IMG/VR virus record: IMGVR_UViG_3300045902_000666
Coordinates: 1-64,000 of that record
DNA: 64,000 nucleotides
Reading direction: 5' to 3' (one strand)
DNA from: a virus
In this document: one piece after another, positions 8,152 through 18,595 of the stretch
Numbering within the stretch: position 1 is the stretch's first letter
Layout: each line of letters begins with the position of its first letter
Notes under the pieces: model-generated
Databases searched by the model: none
What the model saw: only the letters and a program-made list of their open reading frames with translations
Told to the model about the DNA's origin: nothing
Made by a program: the position numbers and the translations under genes

Positions 8152-8275
8152 GGTAGATATATACCTATTAATACAAGATAAATCTTTATTGTATTGAAAA
8201 TAAGATATTTATAAGACATTTTAAGATAAAATAATTCATTTCAATTATTCTGTGATATTTATTTAGAAACAGAAT

Positions 8276-9205
8276 ATGATTCAGTTACAAAAGTTCAACA
8301 CATTACTCGAACTACTTACCTACTTCAAAAAAGAAGATACATGCAAAAAGTATCTGGAGAAGATTCGTTGGGAAGGTAAATTCACCTGTCCTTATCTTGA
8401 GTGTCAGCACAACAAGATATATAAATGTAAAGGTCGTTATAAGTGTGCAAACTGTGAACGTATATATAGTGTTCGTGTAGGTACAATTTTCGAGGACTCA
8501 AAGATTTCTTTACAAAAATGGTTTGCTGCAATCTATATTGTCACATCTCATAAGAAAGGAATGTCATCTACGCAATTAAGTAAAGACCTTGGTATAACAC
8601 AAAAGACAGCTTGGTTTATGTTACAACGTATAAGAACAGCATTTGGTTTGAATCAAGGTAAAGATAAGCTATCTGGAACATGTGAGGCAGATGAAACATA
8701 TATTGGTGGTAAAGAAAAGAATAAACATAAAAATAAAAGAATCTTCGGTACACAAGGTAGAAGTGTAAAGACTAAGATTCCAGTTGTGGGTATCTTAGAA
8801 CGTGGTGGTGAATTAAGAGCCAGTGTTGTTAAGAACACCACCAGAAAACACTTACAAGCATTTATCAATGAACATTTAGAAGAAGGAAGTAAGATAAACA
8901 CGGATGAATGGAAAGGATATAGAGGGTTGTCTAAAACCTTTGACCATAAGTTCGTGAAGCATAACACAGGTGAATACGTGCAAGGTGATGTGCATACGAA
9001 TACACTGGAAGGCTTCTGGTCATTACTGAAGAGAGGTTTGTCTGGAATCTATCATACTATTAGTAGAAAACATTTGCAGAAATATGTTGATGAGTTTGTA
9101 TTCAGATATAATACGAGGTTGGAGACAGGAGCGGAGAGGTTTAATAGATTTCTTAGAAATATCTCTACCCAGATAAAATATAGAGATTTGATTATAGATT
9201 TTTAG
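8276..9205 (+). CDS. IS1595-family (ISXO2-like) DDE transposase
   Basis: Zn ribbon, HTH, EADETYIGG, TDEW, HTNTLEGFW, YVDEFVFRYN. Confidence 0.95.
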   Translation: MIQLQKFNTLLELLTYFKKEDTCKKYLEKIRWEGKFTCPYLECQHNKIYKCKGRYKCANCERIYSVRVGTIFEDSKISLQKWFAAIYIVTSHKKGMSSTQLSKDLGITQKTAWFMLQRIRTAFGLNQGKDKLSGTCEADETYIGGKEKNKHKNKRIFGTQGRSVKTKIPVVGILERGGELRASVVKNTTRKHLQAFINEHLEEGSKINTDEWKGYRGLSKTFDHKFVKHNTGEYVQGDVHTNTLEGFWSLLKRGLSGIYHTISRKHLQKYVDEFVFRYNTRLETGAERFNRFLRNISTQIKYRDLIIDF

Positions 9206-9261
9206 AAAATATAGTTGCAACATTTAAGATAAATGAGTATTTTTGCTTAAAAAGGTCTTAA

Positions 9262-9504
9262 ATGGAAAAACTCATAAATAAATGGAAATTAAACAAAGGT
9301 CTTCTGGCGAAAAAAATGGATATGCCACTGGGAACCTTCTGCAATAAATTATCATCAAAACACACGACCCAGTTCAGTGATGCGGAGTTGGTGAAACTTA
9401 AAATGGTCTTAAAAGAATTACAGGATGATATTTTCAATGAAGTGGAGATTGACTTCAATGATGCTCTGAAGACAGTTGTTGATTCTAAAAATAGAAAAAA
9501 ATAG
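9262..9504 (+). CDS. small HTH-like protein
   Basis: LNKGLLAKKMDMPLGTFCNKL helix-turn-helix pattern. Confidence 0.6.
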   Translation: MEKLINKWKLNKGLLAKKMDMPLGTFCNKLSSKHTTQFSDAELVKLKMVLKELQDDIFNEVEIDFNDALKTVVDSKNRKK

Positions 9505-9516
9505 TTCTAAAATTAT

Positions 9517-12500
9517 ATGCGTGACCAAAGGACACTGGACTTCTTAAAAAAATTAAAAGATAATAATGTTTTAGATAATAATTATGATTATTCTAAAACT
9601 CTATATATTGATGCTACAACTAACATAACCATTTTTGATGAGAATGGTTTTGAGCATTCACAAAATCCAAGGGCACATCTTAAGGGATTTAAACTATCAA
9701 TATTATCTGCTGTTAATAAAACACAATATTTTATTGATAGGTTAAAACGAACAGGTAACTTCAATCCTAAGTACGATTACTCAAAATTAATTTACGTCAA
9801 TAGTGATACAAAGCTAATAATTATTGATGAAAATGGATTTGAACATGCTATGATACCTAATAGTGTAGTAAATGGAAATCAGTTAAACATTAGAAGTGTG
9901 GTTGATAAGGCTAATTTTTTTATTTTTAAATCTAAATTAATACATGGAGATAAGTATGATTATTCTAAGGTAAATTTTGTTGACACAACAACCAAAGTAA
10001 AAATTATATGTCCAGCACATGGTGAATTTGAACAAACACCAAATGGTCATATGTCTGGTCGTAATTGTAATAAGTGTGGCGATTTGATGATTGGTAAAAA
10101 ATTAAATCGAGGAAATGAGAAATTTATTAATGAAGCTAAAAAAATACATGGTGAAAAATATGATTATTCATTAGTCAAATACATTAATAACAATAAAAAA
10201 GTAATAATTATTGATGAAAATGGATTTAAACATAGCCAGCGACCTGCTGCTCACTTAGAAGGTAGAACTCTTTCAATACAATCTGCTATGAATAAAACAG
10301 AATACTTTGCTGCAAAGGCTAAGTTAGTTCATGGAGATAAATATGATTATTCATTGGTAAACTACATAAATAATAGTACGGAAATATCCATATTGTGTTC
10401 AAAACACAATGAATTTAAACAAACTCCAGCTGGTCACTTGACTGGTGCTGGCTGCCCAAAGTGTTCAGGACAAAATAAAAACACTTCCGATTTAATTAGT
10501 GAATTTTTGAAGATACACGGTAAAAAATACGATTATTCCTTAGTAGAATATATTAACAACAAAACAAAGGTCAAGATTATTTGTCCGACTCACGGTGAAT
10601 TTGAACAACTCCCAAGTAATCACAAAAAAGGTGTTAATTGTCCTAAGTGTACTGGCTCTTTTATGGATACCCAATATTTTATCGAGAAAGCTAATTTAGT
10701 TCATGATAATAAGTATAATTACTCACTGGTGGAATATTCTGGCAAAGAAGGTAAAGTAAAAATTATATGTCCAGAACATGGTATTTTTGAGCAAACAAGT
10801 GGTTCACATTTAAATGGTAGTGGTTGTCAAAAATGTGGAAAACAATTCATGGACACAGAATATTTTATTGAGAAAGCTAAATTAGTTCATGGAGATAAAT
10901 ATGATTATTCAGATGTTATATATGTCAGTGCGATTAAACCAGTTAAATTAAAATGTTTAGAAAATAATCATTTTTTTGAACAATCTCCAAACTCACATTT
11001 AAATGGTACTGGTTGTCCAAAATGTGTTGGGAGAAATAAGACTACCGAAGAATTTATTGAAGAGGCTAAACAGATACATGGGAATAAATATAACTATTCT
11101 TTAGTTGATTATTTGAACACTTCAGAAAACATTAGAATAATCTGTAATACACATGGTGAATTTTTACAAAAACCAGTCCATCATCTGAGAGGTCAGGGAT
11201 GTCCAGTTTGTGGAAATGGGTTTATAAAAAGCTTTAAAATTTCATTGATAAATTCACTTTCACAGAGTGATTTATTTTCTATGGACCCATTTGAAATTTA
11301 TACTATTATCGGTCAAGGTAAGCTTCCAATTGATTTTGGAGTACTTGCAAATTCGGATGCTGGTTCGGAAGAAAGATTAACAACACTTCAAGAATTAAAA
11401 GATAAATTTTCTACTGAAGATAATAATGAGAATGAGTGTATTGAGGAAGAAACTATAACATCTGAATGTGAAGAAATAAGTGTGGTAGATGATATTGATA
11501 CAGAGGTCACCAACACAAAAACACAAGAAGAAACAAAACCAGAACTGCCAAATGTGAATATTCTTGGCGACCTTCATTCATTAGATAATAGTATCTATGC
11601 TACAATGGATAAGGAGGCTCTTGAAAGTCTTATCCAGTACAAATTGCGTAAGCTATGGAATAATGTTTTGAATGATGATATTACGGTTGATGAGATTAAA
11701 TCTGACACTGGTGGCGAATACTTCACACAAATCAAGAATTTGTTTTTGGAAGAATATGAAGAAGTAATCGCATATAAACCTAAACCAGGTTACAAGTTTC
11801 AATACCAACCAAACTTAATGCAAAAGTTAACTGTTATCAGACTATTAAAAAACAAGTCATATGGTAACTGGTCTGGAACAGGTGCTGGTAAAACTCTTTC
11901 GTTTATTGTGGCCAGTCGAGAAATAGATTCAAAACTTACAGTTGTTATTGCATTAAATTCTACTATAGAGCAAACATGCAAAGCTATTAAAAGCGTATAT
12001 CCAAACAGCCAAGTTTTTACTGAATATACAAAAGGGTATGTCTTTGATAGAACCAAACATAATTATCTTGTTCTTAATTATGAGAAATTCCAACAAGAAT
12101 ATTCAGAAGAATTGTTCCAAGACTTAACGAATAACAATCAAATTGATTTTGTTGTTATTGATGAAGTACATAATGCAAAGCAAAGACAAGAAGATGATGA
12201 GTCTATCAGACGTGGGGTTTTAAATAGATTACTTGGTAGAATTCGAGCTAACAACAAGGATTTATATAGTCTTGTTATGTCTGCTACGCCTGTCGTTAAT
12301 AATCTATATGAAGCTAAGTCTTTATTGCAATTATTGACTGGCTTGGATTATAACGATATTGATACAAGAAGAACGCTGCCAAATGCATTAAAGGTGTTCC
12401 AACAACTTATTTTGAATGGCTTAAGATTTATTCCGAAGTATGATATAGAAATAAATGAGTTGACAGGCTCAAATATGAGCAATCTTAATATTGATGGCTC

Positions 12501-13782
12501 TCACTTGTTAGATGCGATACTTGATTTACCACAAGGCAACTATATAGCTATAGAAAAACTATTGCTTGAAGATAAGCTAAATGCAGTTAAACCATATCTC
12601 AAAAAGGGTGTCATCATTTACTCTTACTTAACGACAGGGTTCATTAAACCTATTGAGAAATTTGTTAAAAATGCTGGCTTTACTGTTGGAACATATACTG
12701 GTGAAGAAACATCATTTATCAGACAGGAAAATCTAAATAAATTCCTATCAGGTGATATTGATGTTTTAATTGGCTCCAGACCTATAGGAACAGGTGTAGA
12801 TGGATTACAATCAGTATGTGACAGGATGATACCAGTTACGTTGCCTTGGACCGACTCCGAATACACCCAATTAAAAGGTCGTATCTATCGTCAGGGTAGC
12901 TTGTTTGGAGCTGTTGAGATTGTTATCCCCCAGGTTCGTATTAATCTTGAAAATGATGAATTTTGGTCATGGGATATTCAACGTTTAAATGTAATTAAAA
13001 ACAAAAAGACGCTGGCAGATGCTGCTGTTGATGGTATTGTTCCATCAAGAGTATTACCACGTCCAGAAACAATGTTTAAAAAGTCTCAGGAATCACTTCA
13101 AAAGTGGAAGGATAGGGTTAACGCTGGTAATCTTGTAGAAGTAAAGAGAAACCCTCTTAATATTGATTTATATCCATCTATAAGCGATGAACAACAAAGA
13201 CAAGTCAGAATACAATCTGAGCTGTCAGAGTTCAATAGAAGAGGTAAGACGACACGTTCTGAGACCATGCATAAGGAATTCACAAAAAACCCTGAGAGCT
13301 GGTTTAGATACCATGCACTTAGAAAAGAACGCATGAGTGAGTGGGATGAGATACCTTATGAATATATCGCCACAAAAATAAAGAATAAGAACCGTAAGGT
13401 AGCTGATTTTGGATGTGGAGAAAATCTATTTAAAAACTGCATTCCAAATAATGAAGTAATATCCTTTGACCATGTAGCTATTGATAGCTCAGTGATAGCG
13501 TGTGACATGAAAGATGTGTCTAAGTGGTTAACTAATGAGAGTATAGATATAGCAGTTTTCAGTCTGGCTTTATGGGGGGTAAATTATAAGGATTATATTA
13601 AGGAAGCTTATAGAGTATTAAGCTATGATGGTAAAATCTATATAGCAGAACCAATAAAAGATTATCCAGATACTGAATCAGAGAAAGAGTTGATAAATCT
13701 TATAACTGAGGTTGGGTTTAAGATAGTTGGTGAAATCGAAAGAAGAGGTAGATTTATCTATATTACAGGAACAAAAGAATAA
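9517..13782 (+). CDS. Zn-ribbon repeat (DUF723/CapR-like) + SF2 helicase + class I SAM methyltransferase (RRP8-like) fusion
   Basis: About 9 HGxKYDYS repeats; GTGAGKT, DEVH, SATP, QLKGRIYR; C-terminal VADFGCGE. Confidence 0.85.
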   Translation: MRDQRTLDFLKKLKDNNVLDNNYDYSKTLYIDATTNITIFDENGFEHSQNPRAHLKGFKLSILSAVNKTQYFIDRLKRTGNFNPKYDYSKLIYVNSDTKLIIIDENGFEHAMIPNSVVNGNQLNIRSVVDKANFFIFKSKLIHGDKYDYSKVNFVDTTTKVKIICPAHGEFEQTPNGHMSGRNCNKCGDLMIGKKLNRGNEKFINEAKKIHGEKYDYSLVKYINNNKKVIIIDENGFKHSQRPAAHLEGRTLSIQSAMNKTEYFAAKAKLVHGDKYDYSLVNYINNSTEISILCSKHNEFKQTPAGHLTGAGCPKCSGQNKNTSDLISEFLKIHGKKYDYSLVEYINNKTKVKIICPTHGEFEQLPSNHKKGVNCPKCTGSFMDTQYFIEKANLVHDNKYNYSLVEYSGKEGKVKIICPEHGIFEQTSGSHLNGSGCQKCGKQFMDTEYFIEKAKLVHGDKYDYSDVIYVSAIKPVKLKCLENNHFFEQSPNSHLNGTGCPKCVGRNKTTEEFIEEAKQIHGNKYNYSLVDYLNTSENIRIICNTHGEFLQKPVHHLRGQGCPVCGNGFIKSFKISLINSLSQSDLFSMDPFEIYTIIGQGKLPIDFGVLANSDAGSEERLTTLQELKDKFSTEDNNENECIEEETITSECEEISVVDDIDTEVTNTKTQEETKPELPNVNILGDLHSLDNSIYATMDKEALESLIQYKLRKLWNNVLNDDITVDEIKSDTGGEYFTQIKNLFLEEYEEVIAYKPKPGYKFQYQPNLMQKLTVIRLLKNKSYGNWSGTGAGKTLSFIVASREIDSKLTVVIALNSTIEQTCKAIKSVYPNSQVFTEYTKGYVFDRTKHNYLVLNYEKFQQEYSEELFQDLTNNNQIDFVVIDEVHNAKQRQEDDESIRRGVLNRLLGRIRANNKDLYSLVMSATPVVNNLYEAKSLLQLLTGLDYNDIDTRRTLPNALKVFQQLILNGLRFIPKYDIEINELTGSNMSNLNIDGSHLLDAILDLPQGNYIAIEKLLLEDKLNAVKPYLKKGVIIYSYLTTGFIKPIEKFVKNAGFTVGTYTGEETSFIRQENLNKFLSGDIDVLIGSRPIGTGVDGLQSVCDRMIPVTLPWTDSEYTQLKGRIYRQGSLFGAVEIVIPQVRINLENDEFWSWDIQRLNVIKNKKTLADAAVDGIVPSRVLPRPETMFKKSQESLQKWKDRVNAGNLVEVKRNPLNIDLYPSISDEQQRQVRIQSELSEFNRRGKTTRSETMHKEFTKNPESWFRYHALRKERMSEWDEIPYEYIATKIKNKNRKVADFGCGENLFKNCIPNNEVISFDHVAIDSSVIACDMKDVSKWLTNESIDIAVFSLALWGVNYKDYIKEAYRVLSYDGKIYIAEPIKDYPDTESEKELINLITEVGFKIVGEIERRGRFIYITGTKE

Positions 13783-13811
13783 AATTTGTATCAATAAGTA
13801 TATAATTACCA

Positions 13812-14174
13812 TTATTTTTTATATTTTTGTTTAATGTTTATCATACTTGTGTTGGCTTCAAAATCATGTCTTTTTTTATAACCAAGAGTTTTATACATTA
13901 AATTTTGTAACCATATTTCCCAAAGATTTAAACTTTTAAATACAATTGGGTTTTTTGGCCTTCCGTTCACTACATAACGAACACTTCCATATTGCTTAGC
14001 AAGTGATTTATTGCTAAGAGGTGCTGTATATAGACCATCTCCAAGCATGGCACCTGCATTATTTTCTTGACCTATTTCCTTCATTCCACGATATGTAACG
14101 TTATTACGTTTCCATTTCTTGAAATCGTCCATAGACTCTTCTAAAACCTGTCTTATATAATGCCTTATTTTCAT
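13812..14174 (-). CDS. putative virion-internal protein, ADP-ribosyltransferase-like, possibly truncated
   Basis: N-terminus MKIRHYIRQVLEE; YRG..GDGLYT. Confidence 0.5.
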   Translation of the reverse strand: MKIRHYIRQVLEESMDDFKKWKRNNVTYRGMKEIGQENNAGAMLGDGLYTAPLSNKSLAKQYGSVRYVVNGRPKNPIVFKSLNLWEIWLQNLMYKTLGYKKRHDFEANTSMINIKQKYKK

Positions 14175-14349
14175 TATTCGTCTTTCAATTCTATATTATA
14201 TAAATCCTTAAGATATTTTATTAAATATTTTTTATCCATTGTTAGTTCTGGCAAATGAATTTCTTCACTTTCTTTTACTTTCTTTTTCTTTTTAGATTCA
14301 GAAATTCCAGACAAGTTTTGTAATCTATTTTTATATGATTCACTTAAAT

Positions 14350-15273
14350 TCATTTTTTAGGTCTATATTTATCTTCCAAAGTGCTAAGTTTATTATAAAG
14401 ATTTACTCTAGATTCTCCTTCCATTGGAGGTTGGCCATTTGCAATTAATTGGTCATCTAGATTTTTCATAAACTCTTCAGTAGAATTACCAGAAACAAAT
14501 ATTTCTTTGTCTGGGTTAAAAACTCCATTTTCTAAACCACCTATTCTAATTTTAAAACCAAACAAAGTTTTTTCATCTTTTTCTTCAGACTCATAAAAAG
14601 CCATTTTTCTAGACTTGTCATAATGAGTAGAAAATACCTCTTGAGTTAAACCATAATCAACCAATACAATTGTATCTTGTCCATTTCTTGTAACAATACC
14701 ATAAGAACTTAATCTCATCAAATCGCCAACAGGTAAATCATAATTACCTATAAAATTAAAAATACCATAAACAAAATCATCTTCCCACATCTTGTCTATG
14801 AGTTCTTTATCAACTTGCATTTTATAGCCACGATTTAATCTATTATTAACTTCTTGACCGTAGTTATTTACAGCTGCAGCATAATCTTCAAAGTTAAATC
14901 CAGTTATTCTTTTAAAATCTCCTTTTGAAACTTTTCTAGCCAGCTCCATTTCTACCCATAAGTTTTTTTCATCATGGTCAAATACTTTAGCCACAACATC
15001 ACTTATATCATAATAACCTGAATATTCTATTTCAATTTCATTTTGAGAAATACCTTTAGCATTTTTTGCCAGTTTAAGAACTTTCTCGTCATCAATTTTA
15101 TAAACAATTCTAGAAGAGCCACTTCCAATTCTTTGCAAGTGCTGTTCAGCATATTTAACTCTTTGATTAAAACTCCTCAATGATTTAAATGTTTCCATAT
15201 TAAAACTTTGGGGATAGTCTTCCTCTAAGGTTTCTTTTAAAATTGTTCTAATATATTTTCTTAAAAATTTCAT
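14350..15273 (-). CDS. protein kinase-like putative virion-internal protein
   Basis: IGSGSSRIVY, VLKLA, NEIE, VLVDYG; N-terminal YIRTILKE. Confidence 0.65.
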   Translation of the reverse strand: MKFLRKYIRTILKETLEEDYPQSFNMETFKSLRSFNQRVKYAEQHLQRIGSGSSRIVYKIDDEKVLKLAKNAKGISQNEIEIEYSGYYDISDVVAKVFDHDEKNLWVEMELARKVSKGDFKRITGFNFEDYAAAVNNYGQEVNNRLNRGYKMQVDKELIDKMWEDDFVYGIFNFIGNYDLPVGDLMRLSSYGIVTRNGQDTIVLVDYGLTQEVFSTHYDKSRKMAFYESEEKDEKTLFGFKIRIGGLENGVFNPDKEIFVSGNSTEEFMKNLDDQLIANGQPPMEGESRVNLYNKLSTLEDKYRPKK

Positions 15274-15276
15274 TTC

Positions 15277-15897
15277 TTAATTAAATTGTTTGGGTAAATC
15301 GAAAACTTCTATTTTATCTTTAGACTTTACTTGTTTAACATCAACTATCTTTTTCATATTATACAACACTAACATCTTTTCTCCAAAACCAAAAGCATTG
15401 TCTACCATTTCATAATCAATTCCATTGTCCACCAAAAAATTTCTTAAATCTTTTGTTTTAGTAGATTGAATAGCTTTATGATTTAAAATAATATTGTTAA
15501 ATATACTGGCTGGGACCTTACCATCCTCTATATATTTACTAAGATATTGTAAAATAACTTTTCTTTTAGCTCCCAACACATATGAATTAATAAAACTTGT
15601 AGCTTTTTCTAAATCAAGAAAAGCATCATCAATATCCAAACCTTTTTCAACTGTAATTAAATATAATTTTCTACTCCCTCTAGCATATCTCTTAACTACC
15701 TCGTAACTTGTAGTTAGATACAATCCAGCTCCAAATTCATAACGCCCATTTTTTTGAGCTATAGCATCAGTATATTCATCCAAATTACCACCATGCCAAA
15801 AACTCATAGTTTTGGGAATAGTTGAAGGTTGGATAACATCTTCTAAATGAAGCATCTCACTCAAAATATTTCTAACATATTTTCTAGTAGATTTCAT
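15277..15897 (-). CDS. ADP-ribosyltransferase-like putative virion-internal protein
   Basis: FWHGG..FGAGLYLT..A; N-terminal YVRNILSE. Confidence 0.55.
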   Translation of the reverse strand: MKSTRKYVRNILSEMLHLEDVIQPSTIPKTMSFWHGGNLDEYTDAIAQKNGRYEFGAGLYLTTSYEVVKRYARGSRKLYLITVEKGLDIDDAFLDLEKATSFINSYVLGAKRKVILQYLSKYIEDGKVPASIFNNIILNHKAIQSTKTKDLRNFLVDNGIDYEMVDNAFGFGEKMLVLYNMKKIVDVKQVKSKDKIEVFDLPKQFN

Positions 15898-15955
15898 ATA
15901 AAAATAAATAGGTCAGAAAAACAAAAAAGCCGACATATCTGCCGACCTTTTGTAC

Positions 15956-16201
15956 TTAAGATTTCTGACGGTTTTTAACCCATCTTCCATTCTCTAATCT
16001 GTAAAGCCCTTTTGGAACCCATCTTTCTTCAATTTGAAAGAAATTTTCCAAGTGAGTTACACTAATCTTCCAGGTTTCAGGGAAACGGCTTAATGCCGTT
16101 CTTTCCTGAGCCAACCTGATGGCTTCTTGTTCCGCTTCCTCTCTAGTTTTGTTACTGTTTGTCACAGTCTCAACCCAGAAAAAGGGGGCTTGATAACCCA
16201 C
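15956..16201 (-). CDS. hypothetical protein whose 5' end is interrupted by an IS remnant
   Basis: 81-aa ORF; frame continues across the reconstructed empty site. Confidence 0.45.
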   Translation of the reverse strand: MGYQAPFFWVETVTNSNKTREEAEQEAIRLAQERTALSRFPETWKISVTHLENFFQIEERWVPKGLYRLENGRWVKNRQKS

Positions 16202-16218
16202 CTTGTGAGTTAAATCTA

Positions 16219-16560
16219 CCGTTCAACAAAACTTAGACAAAGTTACCCATGACTAAATTTATGTTTTCTTGTTTCATAACACCACTACTTTTTAGGGAAC
16301 TTTCGTTCTTGTCATCCATAGTTGGGTGCTCCGCAAGCTTAAGTTCGAGCAAACGGTGCCCTACTTGTTCCAGATAATTCTGGACACAATTTCTTTTATT
16401 TAACCAGTCAATTTCAACTGGTACAATCTCATTTCTTCGTTTTCAATATTAATAGCAGCGTTTTCATCTCTATCAATAACAAGTCCGCTTAATTATTACT
16501 AATCAAATCGCCACTTACGTGCTATCTAGGAGAACATCTACGGGTATATATGTTTGGTTT
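16219..16560 (-). mobile_element. internally deleted TnpB (IS607-like) element keeping the tnpB 3' end and omega-RNA region
   Basis: Encodes GLVIDRDENAAINI; AACGG at both junctions. Confidence 0.65.
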
Positions 16561-16582
16561 CCGTTTCTAATTTACACTTGAA

Positions 16583-17269
16583 TTATTTTCTAAGTAATTC
16601 AAGTTTCCCTTTCATAAACTGTTTTAAACTTGCAGACTTTTCAGTTTCATGGTCTATAACTTTATCATCTTTTTCACGATAAGTTCTTTTTTTATCAGAC
16701 CTTTCACCACTTCCGATTTGATTACTTCTTTCTTCAGCAACATCCTCTTCATGTCCTGTTCTATAAAAACAGTTTACTCTTTTCTTTATTTCAATCAACG
16801 CTTCTTCTTTGTTCTTATGTTGATTTCTTCCATCTCTTACAACTTTTATTCCAGTTGGGAGGTGTACGATTACAACACATGAATCAGTAGTATTCTTATG
16901 TTGACCTCCGTTTCCTGTTCCTCTTGTGAATTCTATATGAAGTTCATTCATATTTACTTCAACATTTTGGTATAATTTAGAGTCTAATACTGCAACTGTA
17001 ATTGTTGAAGTGTGAACTCTTCCTCTTCTTTCAGTCGGAGGTACTCTTTGCCATCTATGGCCTCCAGATTCATTTTGAAAATATTTCTTGACTCCATCAC
17101 CTGTCAGTCAGATGGAAACAAGACCTTCCTTTCAGTGTTCGTTTGTTACAACGAAATTGTTGTTTCTGGCTGCTTTGATGTACATAGCAGCCATGTCTCT
17201 CACAAGGAGCTTAGAATCTTCACCGCCTTCTGCAGCTCTAAGTTCTAAAATAATTGTTTCTTTTTTCAT
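16583..17269 (-). CDS. class I peptide release factor (RF1-like, no domain 1) with two in-frame TGA codons
   Basis: ELRAAEGGEDS, ESGGHRWQRVPPTE..GRVHTS and GGQ in one frame; TGA at 17132-17134 and 17108-17110. Confidence 0.85.
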
Positions 17270-17321
17270 GGCTGTTTTTATTTTGTTATAAATATACAAT
17301 TTTTTGTCTACAAAAAAAAAA

Positions 17322-17588
17322 TTATTCATATTTTTTTGTTAATTCCCATTCTTCAATTTCTTCTCCGGGTAAATACCACCTATCTTTTTCATAATTCCAG
17401 TGGCGATTATCATAAATTTGAAAAGATATGAAAAACCCTAAAATTTCAACATATTTGTACAAACCTGCATGGTCCTCTTTACGTGTTAATTTTAATTTAA
17501 AATCAAACCAGTTCCATTCAGGAAATCTCCCAATCTCGAACTCCCAAGATTTATTTTTTGTTATCGTTCCGAAAGTATTCCAATACAT
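17322..17588 (-). CDS. hypothetical protein
   Basis: 88-aa ORF. Confidence 0.6.
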   Translation of the reverse strand: MYWNTFGTITKNKSWEFEIGRFPEWNWFDFKLKLTRKEDHAGLYKYVEILGFFISFQIYDNRHWNYEKDRWYLPGEEIEEWELTKKYE

Positions 17589-17680
17589 GTTTTTTAATTT
17601 TTTGTTCAGTATTTTCTTTAACAGATTCTAATGCTTTTTGTATGCTGTTGTGCAATTCATCAATTGTTATTTCTTCTTTT

Positions 17681-17732
17681 GTGAACTACCCACCCACGCC
17701 AAAGGCGATGGGATGGGTTTTACGGCACTTTT
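17681..17732 (-). mobile_element. miniature IS200/IS605 palindrome element
   Basis: Near-identical to the right end of the tnpB element at 56474-56514. Confidence 0.7.
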
Positions 17733-17757
17733 TATAAAATATCAAGTATATAAAACG

Positions 17758-17788
17758 GAAAAGCCCCACTGCTTTCGCAATGAGGCTT
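17758..17788 (-). terminator. intrinsic terminator after the large ncRNA
   Basis: AAGCCTCATTGC-GAAA-GCAGTGGGGCTTTT. Confidence 0.7.
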
Positions 17789-17789
17789 C

Positions 17790-18595
17790 AGTAATAAGTC
17801 TGAGATTACAACTCATTATAACGGTCTTTGCTAAGATTATCCCTTTTGTGGTTCCTTAGGCTATCCACAATCCTTTCGGATTGTATCCGTCAGTCACGAT
17901 TACTTACGGTAATCAATCTTGTCGTCAAGCTTACTCTACAGCTACTTAACCTACACCTGTACGGCCATACCGATGCATGCCTTTCACGATAATCGTCATC
18001 TCTCTTGCGGAAAGACAACTCCCTAATTCGTATTGCTACGTTAGGGTCTGAGTGACCTTTCAGCTCCAACGCCCATAAGTCTTGGGCGATAATTAATTAA
18101 ATGTAATTGCCTAACATTTTTTTAAAATGTAAGATGTAATGATAATTGCAAAGAGAGACGTGCTTATGGGTGTCAGCTCAATTCCGTTGCCAGAACCAAA
18201 TACTGATACGCCCCTCTGTGAACTTTAGCATGTTCACCCTCAACCCCGATTACTTTTTTACTTGTCTGCTCTTCCGAACCTACAGAGGTCTTTAATAACC
18301 GAAAAAAGGCAAGTGACACAAAGCATTCAGTTTGCTAAACCTCACACTTTATATCTCGGATTTTCTTGTTGACCCATTTCTAAGCCTCAATCACCAGCTA
18401 TCACTACTGATGATGAATCGGAAGCCGTTCTGACGTTCCTATCATACTATCCTAATGTCTAGATGTCCTATTTGGTTTGCACCAACAAGGCGAAAGTTTG
18501 CACCTCCCTTTTATTCCCTATTACTAGAGTTTATCTTCTCTTGCGAGCTTGTCTGAACTTTCGTTCAAACGTGACCCTAAACAGCCACAAATATC
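17790..18595 (-). ncRNA. large structured ncRNA, GOLLD-like
   Basis: ~800 nt, no credible ORF, GC-richer, many GNRA-capped hairpins, own promoter, boxA-like motif and terminator, next to a tRNA. Confidence 0.65.

Larger units (their letters stand above)
8152..13810 (+). mobile_element. IS1595-family element with passenger genes
   Basis: Terminal inverted repeats 8152-8176 and 13786-13810 match at 21 of 25 nt; no clear target duplication. Confidence 0.8.

Noticed and set aside
8140-13820. 8-bp target-site duplication for the IS1595 element
   Set aside because: Flanks TATATTTA and ATTATTTT do not match.
16219-16560. Intact IStron (group I intron plus IS)
   Set aside because: Too short, and no recognisable P7 catalytic core.
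17790-18595. rRNA, tmRNA or RNase P identity for the large RNA
   Set aside because: No universal rRNA motifs, no tRNA-like ends with a tag ORF, no RNase P P4 signature seen.
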